Notes: generated by a model not told the origin, from the sequence alone. Numbered from the stretch's first letter, positions 28,342 through 38,399 are shown. The stretch is DNA of 64,000 nucleotides from an uncultured Isosphaeraceae bacterium (GCA_964555705.1 CAZKTN010000003.1:55062-119061); one strand, 5' to 3'. Numbers and translations are program-made.

Positions 28342-29583
28342 TCACCTTGAAGGACCGCCAATCCGCTCCGCCGACGCATCGAGCGCGGCCCGCGCGGCGT
28401 CCGCGTCGAATGCAGCGCACCAGAGCTGCGATGTGCCGCTCCCGTCGCGCTTGCTTGTCCAGATCATGTGGCGACCGCTCGGCGAGAACGCCGGAAGCAC
28501 GTCGGCTCCCGGCACGCGCGTCACGCGGACACGTCGGGAGGGGTCCCGGACGTCGACCAGGAACACCTCGTAGTTGTCGTGCCCGATCTCGCTCGTGGCG
28601 TAGGCGGCCATCGATCCGCTAGGGTGGTAGAAGGGGCACCAGTTGACGTGCTCGTTCGCCGTGAGCGCGCGCTCCGCGGACACGCCCGTGATCCGGCCGC
28701 CGGTGTCGCGCACGACGTCGGCGGTGAAGAGCTGCAGCAGGTTGTCGTTGTTGCGGTCGCTCCGGTAGATGATCGACCGGCCGTCCGGCGAGAAGAAGGG
28801 CCCGCCGTCGTATCCGGGCTCCACGACAAGCGCACGCTCCTCGCCGCTGGCGAGGTCCTTCACCCACAGGTCGCCCTGCGTCACCGGATCGACCTTCGTG
28901 AAGAGCAGCGCACGTCCGTCCGGGCTGATGCTGCCCTCTGCCGCATAGGCGGTGCCGTCGCCGGCAATCACCTCGAGCGGACCGGGCTCGCCGGTCGCCG
29001 GGTCAAGGCGCACCTGCACGACCCGCATCTCCGGCGGGAATGCCCACCGGTAGCGGCTCGTGCCGCGCTGGTACCCGGGCACATCCTCTCCCGCTGGAGC
29101 GGCGATCGTGGTGCCGAAGATGACCACGTTCGGGTCGGTGGGGTGGAACCAGCCGCACGTGTTGTGGGCCATCGGAGGGGAGATCTGGCGCACGCGCTCA
29201 AGGCGCACAGGCGCATCGCCCTCGCGCACGACGTCCGCCACGAACATCGAGTAGCCCGCATCGTCCGCGGCCGATCCGTCGCCTGCGGGCACAGCCTGGA
29301 AGATCACGCGCGCGCCGTCGGGACTGAAGTAGCTCTCGCCCGCCTTGCGGAACTGCCCGGGGAACGTCAGCTGCACAGCACCCCCGAGGACCGGCGCCTC
29401 CGCAGACTCGGGGCTGCCGGAGGTGTCCGCTGCCGAGAGGGGCGCTGAACGCCCGCCGTCCGAAGGCGCTGGCGCGGTGGGTGCGCTCTCGCACCCGAGC
29501 ACGAGCATGCCAGCTGCGAGCGCCGGTGCCCGCAAGGCATGCCCCAACGAGGCGAGGGCCGATGGGAATTCTGCACGCACCAT
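28342..29583 (-). CDS. TolB-like / PD40 beta-propeller repeat lipoprotein
   Basis: ATG at 29583 gives a signal with lipobox (MLVLGC). Repeated PD40-type units are present: FSPDGARVIF, ISPDGRALLF, FSPDGRSIIYRSDR and FSPSGRHMIWTSKRDG. Its stop lies 2 nt before the nadB start. Confidence 0.7.
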   Translation of the reverse strand: MVRAEFPSALASLGHALRAPALAAGMLVLGCESAPTAPAPSDGGRSAPLSAADTSGSPESAEAPVLGGAVQLTFPGQFRKAGESYFSPDGARVIFQAVPAGDGSAADDAGYSMFVADVVREGDAPVRLERVRQISPPMAHNTCGWFHPTDPNVVIFGTTIAAPAGEDVPGYQRGTSRYRWAFPPEMRVVQVRLDPATGEPGPLEVIAGDGTAYAAEGSISPDGRALLFTKVDPVTQGDLWVKDLASGEERALVVEPGYDGGPFFSPDGRSIIYRSDRNNDNLLQLFTADVVRDTGGRITGVSAERALTANEHVNWCPFYHPSGSMAAYATSEIGHDNYEVFLVDVRDPSRRVRVTRVPGADVLPAFSPSGRHMIWTSKRDGSGTSQLWCAAFDADAARAALDASAERIGGPSR

Positions 29584-29638
29584 GGAACTGCAGTCTAGGT
29601 CGCACGCGGTGTCCACGCCCTCCCCTAGCCTCTGCGCC

Positions 29639-30322
29639 ATGGACGCCGTCACGCACGGCTACTCGACCATCCATGCTGACCGGTGGCTCCTGGTGCTGGA
29701 CAAGTGCAGCGGCCTCCTGAGCGTGCCAGGCATCGGCCCGGAGAAGGCCGACTGCCTCGTCGCGCGCGCCTGCCGCCGCTGGCCCACCGCCCGCATCGTG
29801 CACCGGCTCGACCGCGACACCAGCGGCGTGATCGTCCTCGCGCTCGATGCGGCCACGCACCGCGACCTGTCGATGCAGTTCGAGAGGCGCACCGTGAGCA
29901 AGCGATACGAGGCGCTTGTCGCGGGACATCCGGCGGCCGACGGGGGATCAGTCGACCTGCCGATCCGCAAGGATCTCGAGAACCCCCCACTCCAGATGAT
30001 CGATGCCGCCATGGGACGGCCAAGCCAGACGTCCTGGAGCGTGATCGAGCGCCTCGACGCGGTGCCGCCTCCAGTGCGTCCGGCCCGAGGAGCGGCCCCC
30101 TTCACGTGCGCTCGCCTCGCGCTCTGCCCGCTGACTGGCCGCTCGCACCAGCTGAGGCTGCACCTACGCGCGATCGGTCACACCATCCTGGGAGATGACC
30201 TGTACGGGACCCCTGGCGAATGGGCCGCAGCGACACGGCTGTGCCTGCACGCCACAACGCTGACGTTCACGCACCCCGGCACCGGCGAGCGCAGCACGTT
30301 CGAGTCTCCTGCGCCGTTCTGA
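29639..30322 (+). CDS. RluA-family pseudouridine synthase
   Basis: ATG at 29639 (MDAVTHGYSTIHADRWLLVLDKCSGLLSVPG). The catalytic motif is HRLDRDTSGVIVLA, followed by KRYEALV and GRSHQLRLH. The upstream part of the track ORF is antisense to the TolB-like gene. Confidence 0.85.
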   Translation: MDAVTHGYSTIHADRWLLVLDKCSGLLSVPGIGPEKADCLVARACRRWPTARIVHRLDRDTSGVIVLALDAATHRDLSMQFERRTVSKRYEALVAGHPAADGGSVDLPIRKDLENPPLQMIDAAMGRPSQTSWSVIERLDAVPPPVRPARGAAPFTCARLALCPLTGRSHQLRLHLRAIGHTILGDDLYGTPGEWAAATRLCLHATTLTFTHPGTGERSTFESPAPF

Positions 30323-30342
30323 ACGCCACTGGCCTGCGCCAC

Positions 30343-32322
30343 TCACTCGGGCGGCAGGGTGAACGAGGCCACGCTGCGCTCGAGCTCGCGAGCCTGCGAC
30401 TCGAGCGATGCGCTCGCCTCGGTGAACTTCCGCATCGCCTCGGCAGCGCTCCGTGCGCCTCTGGCCAGCAGCGACATCGCCTCGCTGATCTGGCGCGCTC
30501 CAGCGTCCTGCGCCTTCACGCCCTCTGCCACCTCGCCGAAACGCGACTGCAGCCCGCCGACCTGCCCGATCACCTCGCCGAGGCGCTCCCCAGCGTGCGC
30601 CGACGTGTCGGTGCCTCGCTGGACCGCCTCCGCGAAGCGCGACATCTCGCGCACGCCTTCCTGCACCGCCGACTGCATTCCGGACACGAGGCGCTCGATG
30701 TCGACCGTGGCCGCTGCAGTCTGCGACGCAAGCCTCGCGACCTCGCGCGCCACGACCCGGAACCCGACGCCATGCGCGCCCGCGCGCTCAGCCTCGATCG
30801 ACGCATTGATGCTCAGGAGGTTCGTCTGCTCTGCCACGCGCGTGATGGTGGTCACGATGCCGGTGATCGACTCGGTCTTGGTGCGGATCGCCTCAAGCCT
30901 GCACGCGACGCCGGCCGAGGCCTCGCGCAACTCGCGCATCGACTGGCCCAGCTCATCGAGCGATCCCTGCCCCTGCCCTGCCGCCTGCGCAGCCTCGCCC
31001 GCGGTCTGCGCCACCGACGCGACGGTCGCCGCAAGCTGGCGGCCTGTGGCGGCGATCTCGTGCACTGCGGCCGCGATCTGCGTGGCGCTGGCGTCGAATC
31101 CGGTGACCGTCCCCTGCTGGTCCTGCGCGATCGTGCGGATGCGCGTGGCGGCGCCGAGGGACTCCACGACGGATGCACGGATGCCGCCGACCAGTGCACG
31201 AAGGCCGCGAACCGCGCGATGCATCGAGTCCAGAAGCTCACGCGGCTCGCCGGAGCCCGTCGGGATCACCTCGCGCGTGAGGTCGCCATCCGCAAGCGCG
31301 CCGCCGATCTGGGCCGCATGCCCGATAGGCTCGCTGATGGACCTGGCGATCAGGCGCGCAATCACGATGGAGGCGGCCGCGAACACCGCGATCACCGCAA
31401 GGATGACGTTGCGCTGCTGCGCCGCGAGCGCAAAGGCCTCGTCGATGTGCATCGTCACGCCGAGCCCCCACCGCAGGCTCGGCACATACGTCCATGCGCC
31501 GATCACAGGGTGGCCATCTGTGTCCGTGCAGTAGCCGCTCGATGCCTCGCCCGCAGACGCTGCACGCAGACGCGCCATCTCGGGGACCGACTGCCCGAGC
31601 GCGCGGCCCATAGATCCGGCGCCGTCGCTGCCGCGGCCTGGCGTCGTGACGATGACGCTTCCGCCGATGTCCGCGGCACCGATCACGTCGCCCGTGGACC
31701 CAAGACCGGTGTAGTCCGAGACGACCTCCTCGAGCTCTGCGGTCGGCAGTCGCGCTGCGCACAGGCCGACACGCGCACCGCCGTCGATGATCGGCCCGAC
31801 GGCGTAGATCGAAAGCGACGTGCCCGATGCCGCCGCGAGCGGCGGCGTGAGGTCGGCCTGCATCGTCGCGCGCACGCGCGATGCGACCGCGGCAACGCCA
31901 ACCGCATTGAGCTCCGGATCCTCGGTCGACTTCCCTACCCAGCTGGCGTCATCGAGGGCAAACGTGATCACGCCCCTCTCATCGGAGATGACCAGCTCGG
32001 TGAACCCCATGGCCTCGGCGAAGAGACGTATGCGCGCGGTGACGGCATCGCCAACCGAACCTCGCGCCGCCGACACGAAGGCCGCGTCGTTCGCGACACC
32101 CACGACCGAACGCAGCCGGTCCTCAACGTACGTCTCGAGCCGTGCCGCCTTCTCGTCCGCGAGCGCGGTGAGGGTCTCGGTGGCGGATCGCTCGATGGCG
32201 CGGCCTGTGGTGACCCACAGGAACGCCGCGAGGAACACGAGCGGCCCGATCGCCATCACGGACAGCGCGACCGACAGCGTGCGCCCGAGCCCTCCTCGAT
32301 GCGCGGACCCTGTGCGGCTCAC
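30343..32322 (-). CDS. methyl-accepting chemotaxis protein with periplasmic Cache-like domain and HAMP
   Basis: GTG at 32322 overlaps the stop of the upstream binding-protein gene (GTGA). Order is TM1 ([21 protein letters not shown]), about 290 aa periplasmic domain, TM2, HAMP, then the signalling hairpin [35 protein letters not shown]. Confidence 0.9.
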   Translation of the reverse strand: MSRTGSAHRGGLGRTLSVALSVMAIGPLVFLAAFLWVTTGRAIERSATETLTALADEKAARLETYVEDRLRSVVGVANDAAFVSAARGSVGDAVTARIRLFAEAMGFTELVISDERGVITFALDDASWVGKSTEDPELNAVGVAAVASRVRATMQADLTPPLAAASGTSLSIYAVGPIIDGGARVGLCAARLPTAELEEVVSDYTGLGSTGDVIGAADIGGSVIVTTPGRGSDGAGSMGRALGQSVPEMARLRAASAGEASSGYCTDTDGHPVIGAWTYVPSLRWGLGVTMHIDEAFALAAQQRNVILAVIAVFAAASIVIARLIARSISEPIGHAAQIGGALADGDLTREVIPTGSGEPRELLDSMHRAVRGLRALVGGIRASVVESLGAATRIRTIAQDQQGTVTGFDASATQIAAAVHEIAATGRQLAATVASVAQTAGEAAQAAGQGQGSLDELGQSMRELREASAGVACRLEAIRTKTESITGIVTTITRVAEQTNLLSINASIEAERAGAHGVGFRVVAREVARLASQTAAATVDIERLVSGMQSAVQEGVREMSRFAEAVQRGTDTSAHAGERLGEVIGQVGGLQSRFGEVAEGVKAQDAGARQISEAMSLLARGARSAAEAMRKFTEASASLESQARELERSVASFTLPPE

Positions 32323-33647
32323 GGGGCGCCTCCTCGGGAATCGGCCTGCGCCGGCTCCCAGTGGGGACGCGGCGCATCCACATCGCCGGGGCCCGACCAT
32401 TCGCCCCGCCAGGCGTTGCGCATGTCGGCGAGGAAACGGTCCCAGTCGCGGCGGCTGCGCCACAGCGGGTAGGGCATTGGCCGGATGGGGGACCCCGACT
32501 CCCACGCCACCCGGATCGAGCCGTCGGGCATCACCTCTCCGATGCGTGCGCTCCGCCAGAGGTGACCTGTGGATGGGTCCACGATCGCGACGCCTGCGGG
32601 ACCTACGGTGAACTTTCCGCTCATGGCTGATCGCACGGCCTTCGGATCTGCCGTGCCCGCATCCTCCACCCCCTGAACCCACAGCATGAACGCCGTATAT
32701 GCGGACTCGACCGCGTCGCTCGCGCGGGCAGAGTCGCCGTGGTGCGCACGCAGCGCACGGGCGAACGCGCGACTCTCAGGGGAAGGCATCGACTCAAAGT
32801 AGGTCGCCGCAACATAGTCGCCCACAAACGCATCCGGCGACCACGCGGCAATCTGCGGCTCCGCGATGCTGAAGGACATCACCGGAGTCCTTCCTGGCTC
32901 GATTCCGCGTGTGCGGAGCGCGCGCATCAGCGGACGGTTGGCGTCACCGTTGACGGTGTTGAGGATCACGTCAGGCTTCGATGCGGCAATCGCGCGCGCC
33001 GCATCGTCCTCGCCGCCTCCGGCGAGCGGGATGTAGCGCTCGGCGACCACCTCCCCGCCGAGCGAACGCACCAGGTCCCGGATGATGGCGTTGGCGATGT
33101 GCGGGAACACATAGTCGCTGCCGACGAGCGCGAACCTCCGCGCACCCCGGCTGAAGAGCCACTGAACCGCGGGCACGATCTGCTGGTTGGGTGCGGCACC
33201 CGCGTACACGAGGTTCGGGCTCGCCTCCACGCCCTCGTACTGCACCGGATAGATCATCAGTCCATTCAGGCGCTCGACCACAGGTCGCACCGTGCGGCGC
33301 GATGCGCTGGTCCAGCACCCGAAGATCACGCTGACGCGGTCCTCCGCAAGCAGCCGCTGCGCCTCCTCGGCGAAGGTCGCAGGATCGCTCTTGCCGTCGC
33401 GCACGAGAAGCTCGATCGGCCGCCCAAGCAGACCGCCCCGCGCATTGACCTCATCCGCAGCCATCCTGATGGCGTTGACCACCGGAACCTCGCTCGTAGC
33501 CATCGGTCCGGTCAGCGAGTGGAGCACGCCGACGCGGATCGGCTCCCCTGCTGCCCGGCCAAGGCCCCCGCGGATAGCGACAGTCGCCACAGCGAGCGCA
33601 GCAACAGCGCCCGCGATCGTCACCGCGATTCTCGAACCGAGGCTCAC
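32319..33647 (-). CDS. periplasmic substrate-binding protein, UrtA/AmiC (type I PBP, urea/amide-binding) family
   Basis: [17 protein letters not shown]...[32 protein letters not shown]...[33 protein letters not shown] closely follows the UrtA/FmdD pattern. An N-terminal signal or anchor is present. The start is uncertain: GTG 33647, or the track start 33695, which would overlap shc by 41 nt. Confidence 0.8.
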   Translation of the reverse strand: MSLGSRIAVTIAGAVAALAVATVAIRGGLGRAAGEPIRVGVLHSLTGPMATSEVPVVNAIRMAADEVNARGGLLGRPIELLVRDGKSDPATFAEEAQRLLAEDRVSVIFGCWTSASRRTVRPVVERLNGLMIYPVQYEGVEASPNLVYAGAAPNQQIVPAVQWLFSRGARRFALVGSDYVFPHIANAIIRDLVRSLGGEVVAERYIPLAGGGEDDAARAIAASKPDVILNTVNGDANRPLMRALRTRGIEPGRTPVMSFSIAEPQIAAWSPDAFVGDYVAATYFESMPSPESRAFARALRAHHGDSARASDAVESAYTAFMLWVQGVEDAGTADPKAVRSAMSGKFTVGPAGVAIVDPSTGHLWRSARIGEVMPDGSIRVAWESGSPIRPMPYPLWRSRRDWDRFLADMRNAWRGEWSGPGDVDAPRPHWEPAQADSRGGAP

Positions 33648-33654
33648 GGGGGGT

Positions 33655-35784
33655 CTATCGACCTGACGCGCCGGCCGGCTCCAGCGCCACCGCAACCTGT
33701 CCGGCGCCAGTCGGGTGCGCGGGCGACTGACGCGACTCCCCTGACGCCTCGGGTCTGGAGGCCGCCAAGGTCCGCCCGTGCGCCCGCAGGAACCTGCCCA
33801 TCGCCATCACCGGGAAGTAGAGGCGGTACAGGTGGTAGCGCAGGTAGAAGACCTTCGGGAAGCCCGTACCCGTGTACTCGGTCTCGCGCCAGCTTCCGGC
33901 CGGATCGCCATCGGGGTTTGCGGCGGGGTCCGCGGCGGCGCGCGCATCGAGCTGCGTGCGCGCAAGCCACTCGAGCGCGCGGAGGAGGTCCGGGTCGTCT
34001 GCTCCGAAGACCTCCTGGAGGATCATCGCGCCCCATGCAGTCTGCGATGCCGTCGACGGCCCTGTCCCGCGCAGCCTCGGGTCGACGTACGAGTTGGCCG
34101 TCTCGCCGAAGGACCCGTCAGCCTTCTGCACGGACTTGACCCATGCGCCCGCACGACGGATCCACTCCGCATCGCGCGGGACGCCGCAACGGATCGGGCC
34201 GATGACGGCCTGCCACGTGCCGTAGATGTAGTTCACGCCCCACCGGCCGAAGAAGGGGCCGTCGGGCTCCTGGTGCGAGCGGATGTACGCGATCGCGCGG
34301 TCCACCACCGCATCGCCCACGCGCATGCCGTGCCAGCTCAGGCACTCGAGCACACGGCCCGTGATGTCGGGGCACGAGGGGTCCTGCATCGCGTTGTGGT
34401 CCGCGAACGGCACGTACTCGAGGATGCGCCGGTCGCGCGTGCGGTCGAAGGCGGCCCATCCGCCATCGTCGTTCTGCATCGCGAGCATCCAGCGAACGCC
34501 GCGACGCGCCGCCCCGACGCTCTCGCGGTCGCCGCAGCGCTGCAGCGCCATCGCCACCATCGCCGTGTCGTCGCAGTCGGGGTACCACGCGTTCGCGTAC
34601 TCGAAGTACCAGCCTCCGGCCTGCGTGCCAGGTGCGCAGTTGCGGATCCAGTCGCCGACATGCGCGCACTCGCGCCCGCGCAGCCAGTGCGCAGCGCGCG
34701 CGAGCCGAGCGTCCCGCGCGTCAAGACCGCAGTCGGTCAGCGCGTAGAGCGCGATTCCGGTGTCCCACACCGGAGAGAAGCACGGCTGGATGCGCGCACG
34801 CGTGGGCCCGTCGATGATGAACGCATCGAGGTCCCGCTCGGCCTGCTGCACGCGAGGGTCCTCCCGCGGGATCCCCAGCACCTTGAAAACCACCTGCAGG
34901 TAGACCATCGGGGGGAAGATGGCGCCGAGCCCCTCGGTCGGAGCAGGCCGATCCTGGCTGGCGCGGCGCATGATCCACTGGAAGGCGTCGGCGATCGCGC
35001 GCTCCCGCCAGGGCATCAGCCTGAAGCGGTGCATGAGCTTGAGGGTGCGGTCGACCGTCCTGAAGAATGCCTTCCATCCGGCCGGCGCGTCCTCGCGCAT
35101 CCGCATCGTGCGGCGCGCGCGCGCGCTCACGTAGAGCTCATCGATGCGCTGGTGGGGCGCGAGCTCGCGCACCGGGCGGCGCGCGTTCACGATCGCCAGC
35201 GGCAGGATCATCGTGCGGCTCCACGCGCTCACCTTGTCCAGGTGGAAGTAGAACCACCGCGGCAGCCACACGACTTCAGGGGGGATCGCGGGCACCGCAT
35301 CCCACGGCACCTGGCCGAGCGACGCGAGATAGAAGGTGGTGAACGAGTTGCAGCCCTCCGCGCCGCCAAGCTCGTGCACCCGCTCCCGCGCGCGCGCCAT
35401 GTGCGGTGCGGCGGGATCGTCTCCCATCAGCTTCAGGCAGAGGTAGGCCTTGACCGTGGCGCTGATGTCGATCCCGGAGCCTGGGTACTGGCCCCACCCT
35501 CCATCGGCGCGCTGCTGCGCGCGGAGTTGCGCCGCCAGCCGGCACATCATGTCCCACCCGCTGCGGCCATCGGCCATCGGCGCGCGCTCCTGGCCCAGGA
35601 TCCACTTCATGAGCATGTACTCGCTCTGGAGGATCGAGTCGCCCTCGAGCTCTGCGCACCAGTGGCCGTCCTCGCGCTGCAGGGACGACAGCGCCTCCAC
35701 CGCAGCACGCACGCTGGCCTCGAGGCGGTCGAGCGCCTCAGGCGCGACGCGCGCGCGCGAACTCTTGGTGTCCTCTGTGGGCAT
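33655..35784 (-). CDS. shc: squalene-hopene cyclase
   Basis: ATG at 35784 (MPTEDTKSS...). The catalytic DxDDTA motif is WYPDCDDTAMVAMAL. Multiple QW repeats are present (e.g. QREDGHW, QRADGGWGQY, QNDDGGWAAF, QEPDGPFFGRWG, QKADGSFGE). Confidence 0.9.
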   Translation of the reverse strand: MPTEDTKSSRARVAPEALDRLEASVRAAVEALSSLQREDGHWCAELEGDSILQSEYMLMKWILGQERAPMADGRSGWDMMCRLAAQLRAQQRADGGWGQYPGSGIDISATVKAYLCLKLMGDDPAAPHMARARERVHELGGAEGCNSFTTFYLASLGQVPWDAVPAIPPEVVWLPRWFYFHLDKVSAWSRTMILPLAIVNARRPVRELAPHQRIDELYVSARARRTMRMREDAPAGWKAFFRTVDRTLKLMHRFRLMPWRERAIADAFQWIMRRASQDRPAPTEGLGAIFPPMVYLQVVFKVLGIPREDPRVQQAERDLDAFIIDGPTRARIQPCFSPVWDTGIALYALTDCGLDARDARLARAAHWLRGRECAHVGDWIRNCAPGTQAGGWYFEYANAWYPDCDDTAMVAMALQRCGDRESVGAARRGVRWMLAMQNDDGGWAAFDRTRDRRILEYVPFADHNAMQDPSCPDITGRVLECLSWHGMRVGDAVVDRAIAYIRSHQEPDGPFFGRWGVNYIYGTWQAVIGPIRCGVPRDAEWIRRAGAWVKSVQKADGSFGETANSYVDPRLRGTGPSTASQTAWGAMILQEVFGADDPDLLRALEWLARTQLDARAAADPAANPDGDPAGSWRETEYTGTGFPKVFYLRYHLYRLYFPVMAMGRFLRAHGRTLAASRPEASGESRQSPAHPTGAGQVAVALEPAGASGR

Positions 35785-35915
35785 GGGCGGATGCGCGCAC
35801 GGCGTGCGCAAGCGAGCAAGTGTAGCGCGATCGCACGGCGGAACGTGCGGCTGGAGCGGCATCCCGTGCGCCGCGCGCGGCGCGAGACGGTGCCGAGCGC
35901 GCCTTCCTGCCGCCG

Positions 35916-37106
35916 CTACGCGCGCATCACGGACTTCACGGCCACCGGCCTCCGCGTGCGCGCGCTGCGAAGCGCGGCCTCGAGCACGCACTGCGTCGCG
36001 AACGCGTCCTCGAAGTCAGGCAGCGGCACTTCCGGCTCGAGTCCCGAGAGCGTGCGCACGATGTCGGCCGCCTGGCTCACGAAGCCGTGCTCGTAGCCGA
36101 TGAGGTGAGCGGGTGGCCAGTACGCGTGCACGTACGGATGAACAGGCTCCGTGCACATGATGCGCGTCCATCCGCGCAGTGCCTGCGGCTGCGTGTCATC
36201 CCACCACTCGAGCTCGTTCATGCGCTCGAAGTCGAACCGCACAGAGCCGCGCTCGCCGTTGATCTCGAGCGTGTTGCGGTTCTTGTGGCCCGTCGCGACG
36301 CGCGACGCCTCGAACGTGGCCACCGCGCCGCCCGACATGCGCGCGAGGAACGCCACGCAGTCGTCGACGGTGCTGCGCTGGGTGCGTGCACGCCCCCCGC
36401 GGCGCGCAGGAGCGGCCGCACGACGCTCGACGAACGTGCGCTCCACCGCGCCGTTGACCTCGACCACCTCCTCGCCCGTCACGAAGCGCGCCATGTCCAC
36501 GATGTGCGCGTTGAGGTCACCGTGCGCGCCGCTTCCCGCGGCCGACGCATCGAACCGCCACAGCATCGGCGTAGAGGGGCCGCCCCAGTCCTGAAGGTAG
36601 GTGGCGCGGACGTGGTAGATGCGGCCGATCCTCCCCTGCCTCACCATGCGGTGCATCAGCGCGACAGCCGGCGCACGTCGGTAGTTGAACCACACGAACG
36701 TGCGGATTCCCTTGCGCGCGGCGGCGCGCGCCGCATCGCGCATGCGACGCGCATCGGCGAGGGTGCCCGCCAGCGGCTTTTCGCAGGCGACGTGCTTGCC
36801 TGCCTTGAGCGCCGCGACCGACATCGCCGCATGGAGGTTGTTGGGCACCGCCACATCCACAAGGGTGACAGAAGGATCCGCCACCAGGTCGCGCCAGTCC
36901 GCCGTCGAGCGCGTCCATCCCCAACGCCTGCCGAACTCGTGGGTCTCCGCGGCATCCTTCCCGGCCACGCAGGCAAGCGCCGGGGCGGGAAGGTCGAAGA
37001 ACCGCGGCGCCCCAGCCCACGCCACCGAGTGGGCGCGACCCATGAACTTGGTTCCGATGAGGCCCACACCGAGCGGACCGTGATGACGAGTGCGGGCGCG
37101 CGGCAT
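35916..37106 (-). CDS. Gfo/Idh/MocA family NAD(P)-dependent oxidoreductase
   Basis: ATG at 37106. The Rossmann N-terminus is LGVGLIGTKFMGRAHSVAW. ACEKPLA and the typical C-terminal alpha/beta domain are present. Confidence 0.8.
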   Translation of the reverse strand: MPRARTRHHGPLGVGLIGTKFMGRAHSVAWAGAPRFFDLPAPALACVAGKDAAETHEFGRRWGWTRSTADWRDLVADPSVTLVDVAVPNNLHAAMSVAALKAGKHVACEKPLAGTLADARRMRDAARAAARKGIRTFVWFNYRRAPAVALMHRMVRQGRIGRIYHVRATYLQDWGGPSTPMLWRFDASAAGSGAHGDLNAHIVDMARFVTGEEVVEVNGAVERTFVERRAAAPARRGGRARTQRSTVDDCVAFLARMSGGAVATFEASRVATGHKNRNTLEINGERGSVRFDFERMNELEWWDDTQPQALRGWTRIMCTEPVHPYVHAYWPPAHLIGYEHGFVSQAADIVRTLSGLEPEVPLPDFEDAFATQCVLEAALRSARTRRPVAVKSVMRA

Positions 37107-37138
37107 GCGTTTGGCCTCCAATCCGTATCCTACGACCC

Positions 37139-38302
37139 ATGATCGAACAGCACGCATCGTCCGGATCCACAGGCGACGACCGCATCGACTCCATCTCCGC
37201 GCGCCTCGGTGCCCTCGAGCGGGAGATCGCGGCGGCGCACACGCGCGAGCGACGGTGGAAGCGTGTGGCGCTGGCGACCGCGCTGCCTCTGGTCGCGCTC
37301 GCGTGCGTTGCGGCGACGCAGGCCACTGGAATCAGCGACGTGGTGCGCGCGCGGCGCTTTGAGGTTGTGGACTCGAGCAACCGCGTCGTCTTCCTCGCCG
37401 CCGTCGGCGAGCACGGCGGGCAAGTCGACCTCTGGGGCCCAGCGGGAGCGAACGTCGTGCGCATGGGCGCGAACGCCCAGGGCGGCGACCTTGCCATGTG
37501 GAATGCGCGCGGCGAGCTCGTCACGGGCATGTACGCGACGGAGGTCGGCGGCCGTGTCGAGACGAACACCGCCGACGGATCCATGACTGCGATGCTCGCC
37601 ACCAACGAGAGGGGTCCTGCGTTCGCGATCGCCGACGCGGAGGGCCGTCCCCTCTTCGCGGCGGCGGCCGCGGAAGGCAGCGTCGGCGTCTCGGTGCGGA
37701 GCGCCGAAGGACGCGAGCTGGTGGCGATGGGCGCGGCGGCAGGGAAGGCCGGCGTCATGCGGGTCGCCGACGCTGCGGGCGTTCCGGTCGTGGAGCTCAC
37801 CTCCGGCGACGACGGAGGCACAGTGACCTGCGCCACGCGCGCCGGCACGCGCGCCGCAGCGCTTGGAGTGATGGCGCCGGACGCAGGCGGATCGATGGCG
37901 CTCTATGCGCCGGGCGGCAACGAGACGGTGTCCGCGCAGGCTCGCACCGATGCGGGCGCGCAGATCACGCTCGGTCGCTCCGCCGACGAGCCAATGATGG
38001 TGATGCAGACGGGCGCCGCGGATGCGCCGCTCTTCTCGCTCATGTCCGGCGGCCTTCGCCTTGTGGGTCTCGGCGCCACCGCCAACGGCGGGCTGCTCAA
38101 CCTCGGCAACGCATCGGGCACCCCAGTCGTCGTGGTCGGCGCGGCCGCTGATGCCGATGGGGGCGCGATGAGCCTGCGTGGAGGCCAAGGCCAGCAGCTC
38201 GTGCGCGTCGGCATCGACAGGGTGGGCGCTGGCGAGGTCGCGGTCTACGACGGCCCCGGCCTGCGCAAGAAGGTGCTCGGCGCGGTCAGCAGCGCGCCCT
38301 GA
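37139..38302 (+). CDS. hypothetical membrane-anchored Ala/Gly-rich repeat protein
   Basis: 387 aa. An N-terminal helical segment (LGALEREIAAAH) is followed by a TM anchor (VALATALPLVALACVAA) and then about 300 aa of degenerate ~20-25-aa repeats. Repeat examples are G-x-V-x-L-x-x-x-x-G-x-x-V-x-x-G, e.g. GGQVDLWGPAGANVVRMG and GGLLNLGNASGTPVVVVG. The competing antisense ORFs are Arg-rich junk. Confidence 0.5.
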   Translation: MIEQHASSGSTGDDRIDSISARLGALEREIAAAHTRERRWKRVALATALPLVALACVAATQATGISDVVRARRFEVVDSSNRVVFLAAVGEHGGQVDLWGPAGANVVRMGANAQGGDLAMWNARGELVTGMYATEVGGRVETNTADGSMTAMLATNERGPAFAIADAEGRPLFAAAAAEGSVGVSVRSAEGRELVAMGAAAGKAGVMRVADAAGVPVVELTSGDDGGTVTCATRAGTRAAALGVMAPDAGGSMALYAPGGNETVSAQARTDAGAQITLGRSADEPMMVMQTGAADAPLFSLMSGGLRLVGLGATANGGLLNLGNASGTPVVVVGAAADADGGAMSLRGGQGQQLVRVGIDRVGAGEVAVYDGPGLRKKVLGAVSSAP

Positions 38303-38399
38303 GCGACCGCATCGCCGTCGGCGGCAGGAAAGTACGGAACGCGCGTGTCGCCACGGGCACATCGCCCCGCGCGATGCGCGCTGGCTCCCCCGAGCAGGC

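Noticed and set aside
33778-36096. Long antisense or alternative-frame ORFs (e.g. 33778..36096 +, 17054..18835 -, 30220..32472 +, 43924..45774 +, 24033..25697 -, 7205..8632 -)
   Set aside because: All are Arg/Ala/Gly/Pro-rich with no motifs. Each lies opposite or out of frame to genes with clear family signatures. This is expected from stop-codon scarcity in GC-rich DNA.
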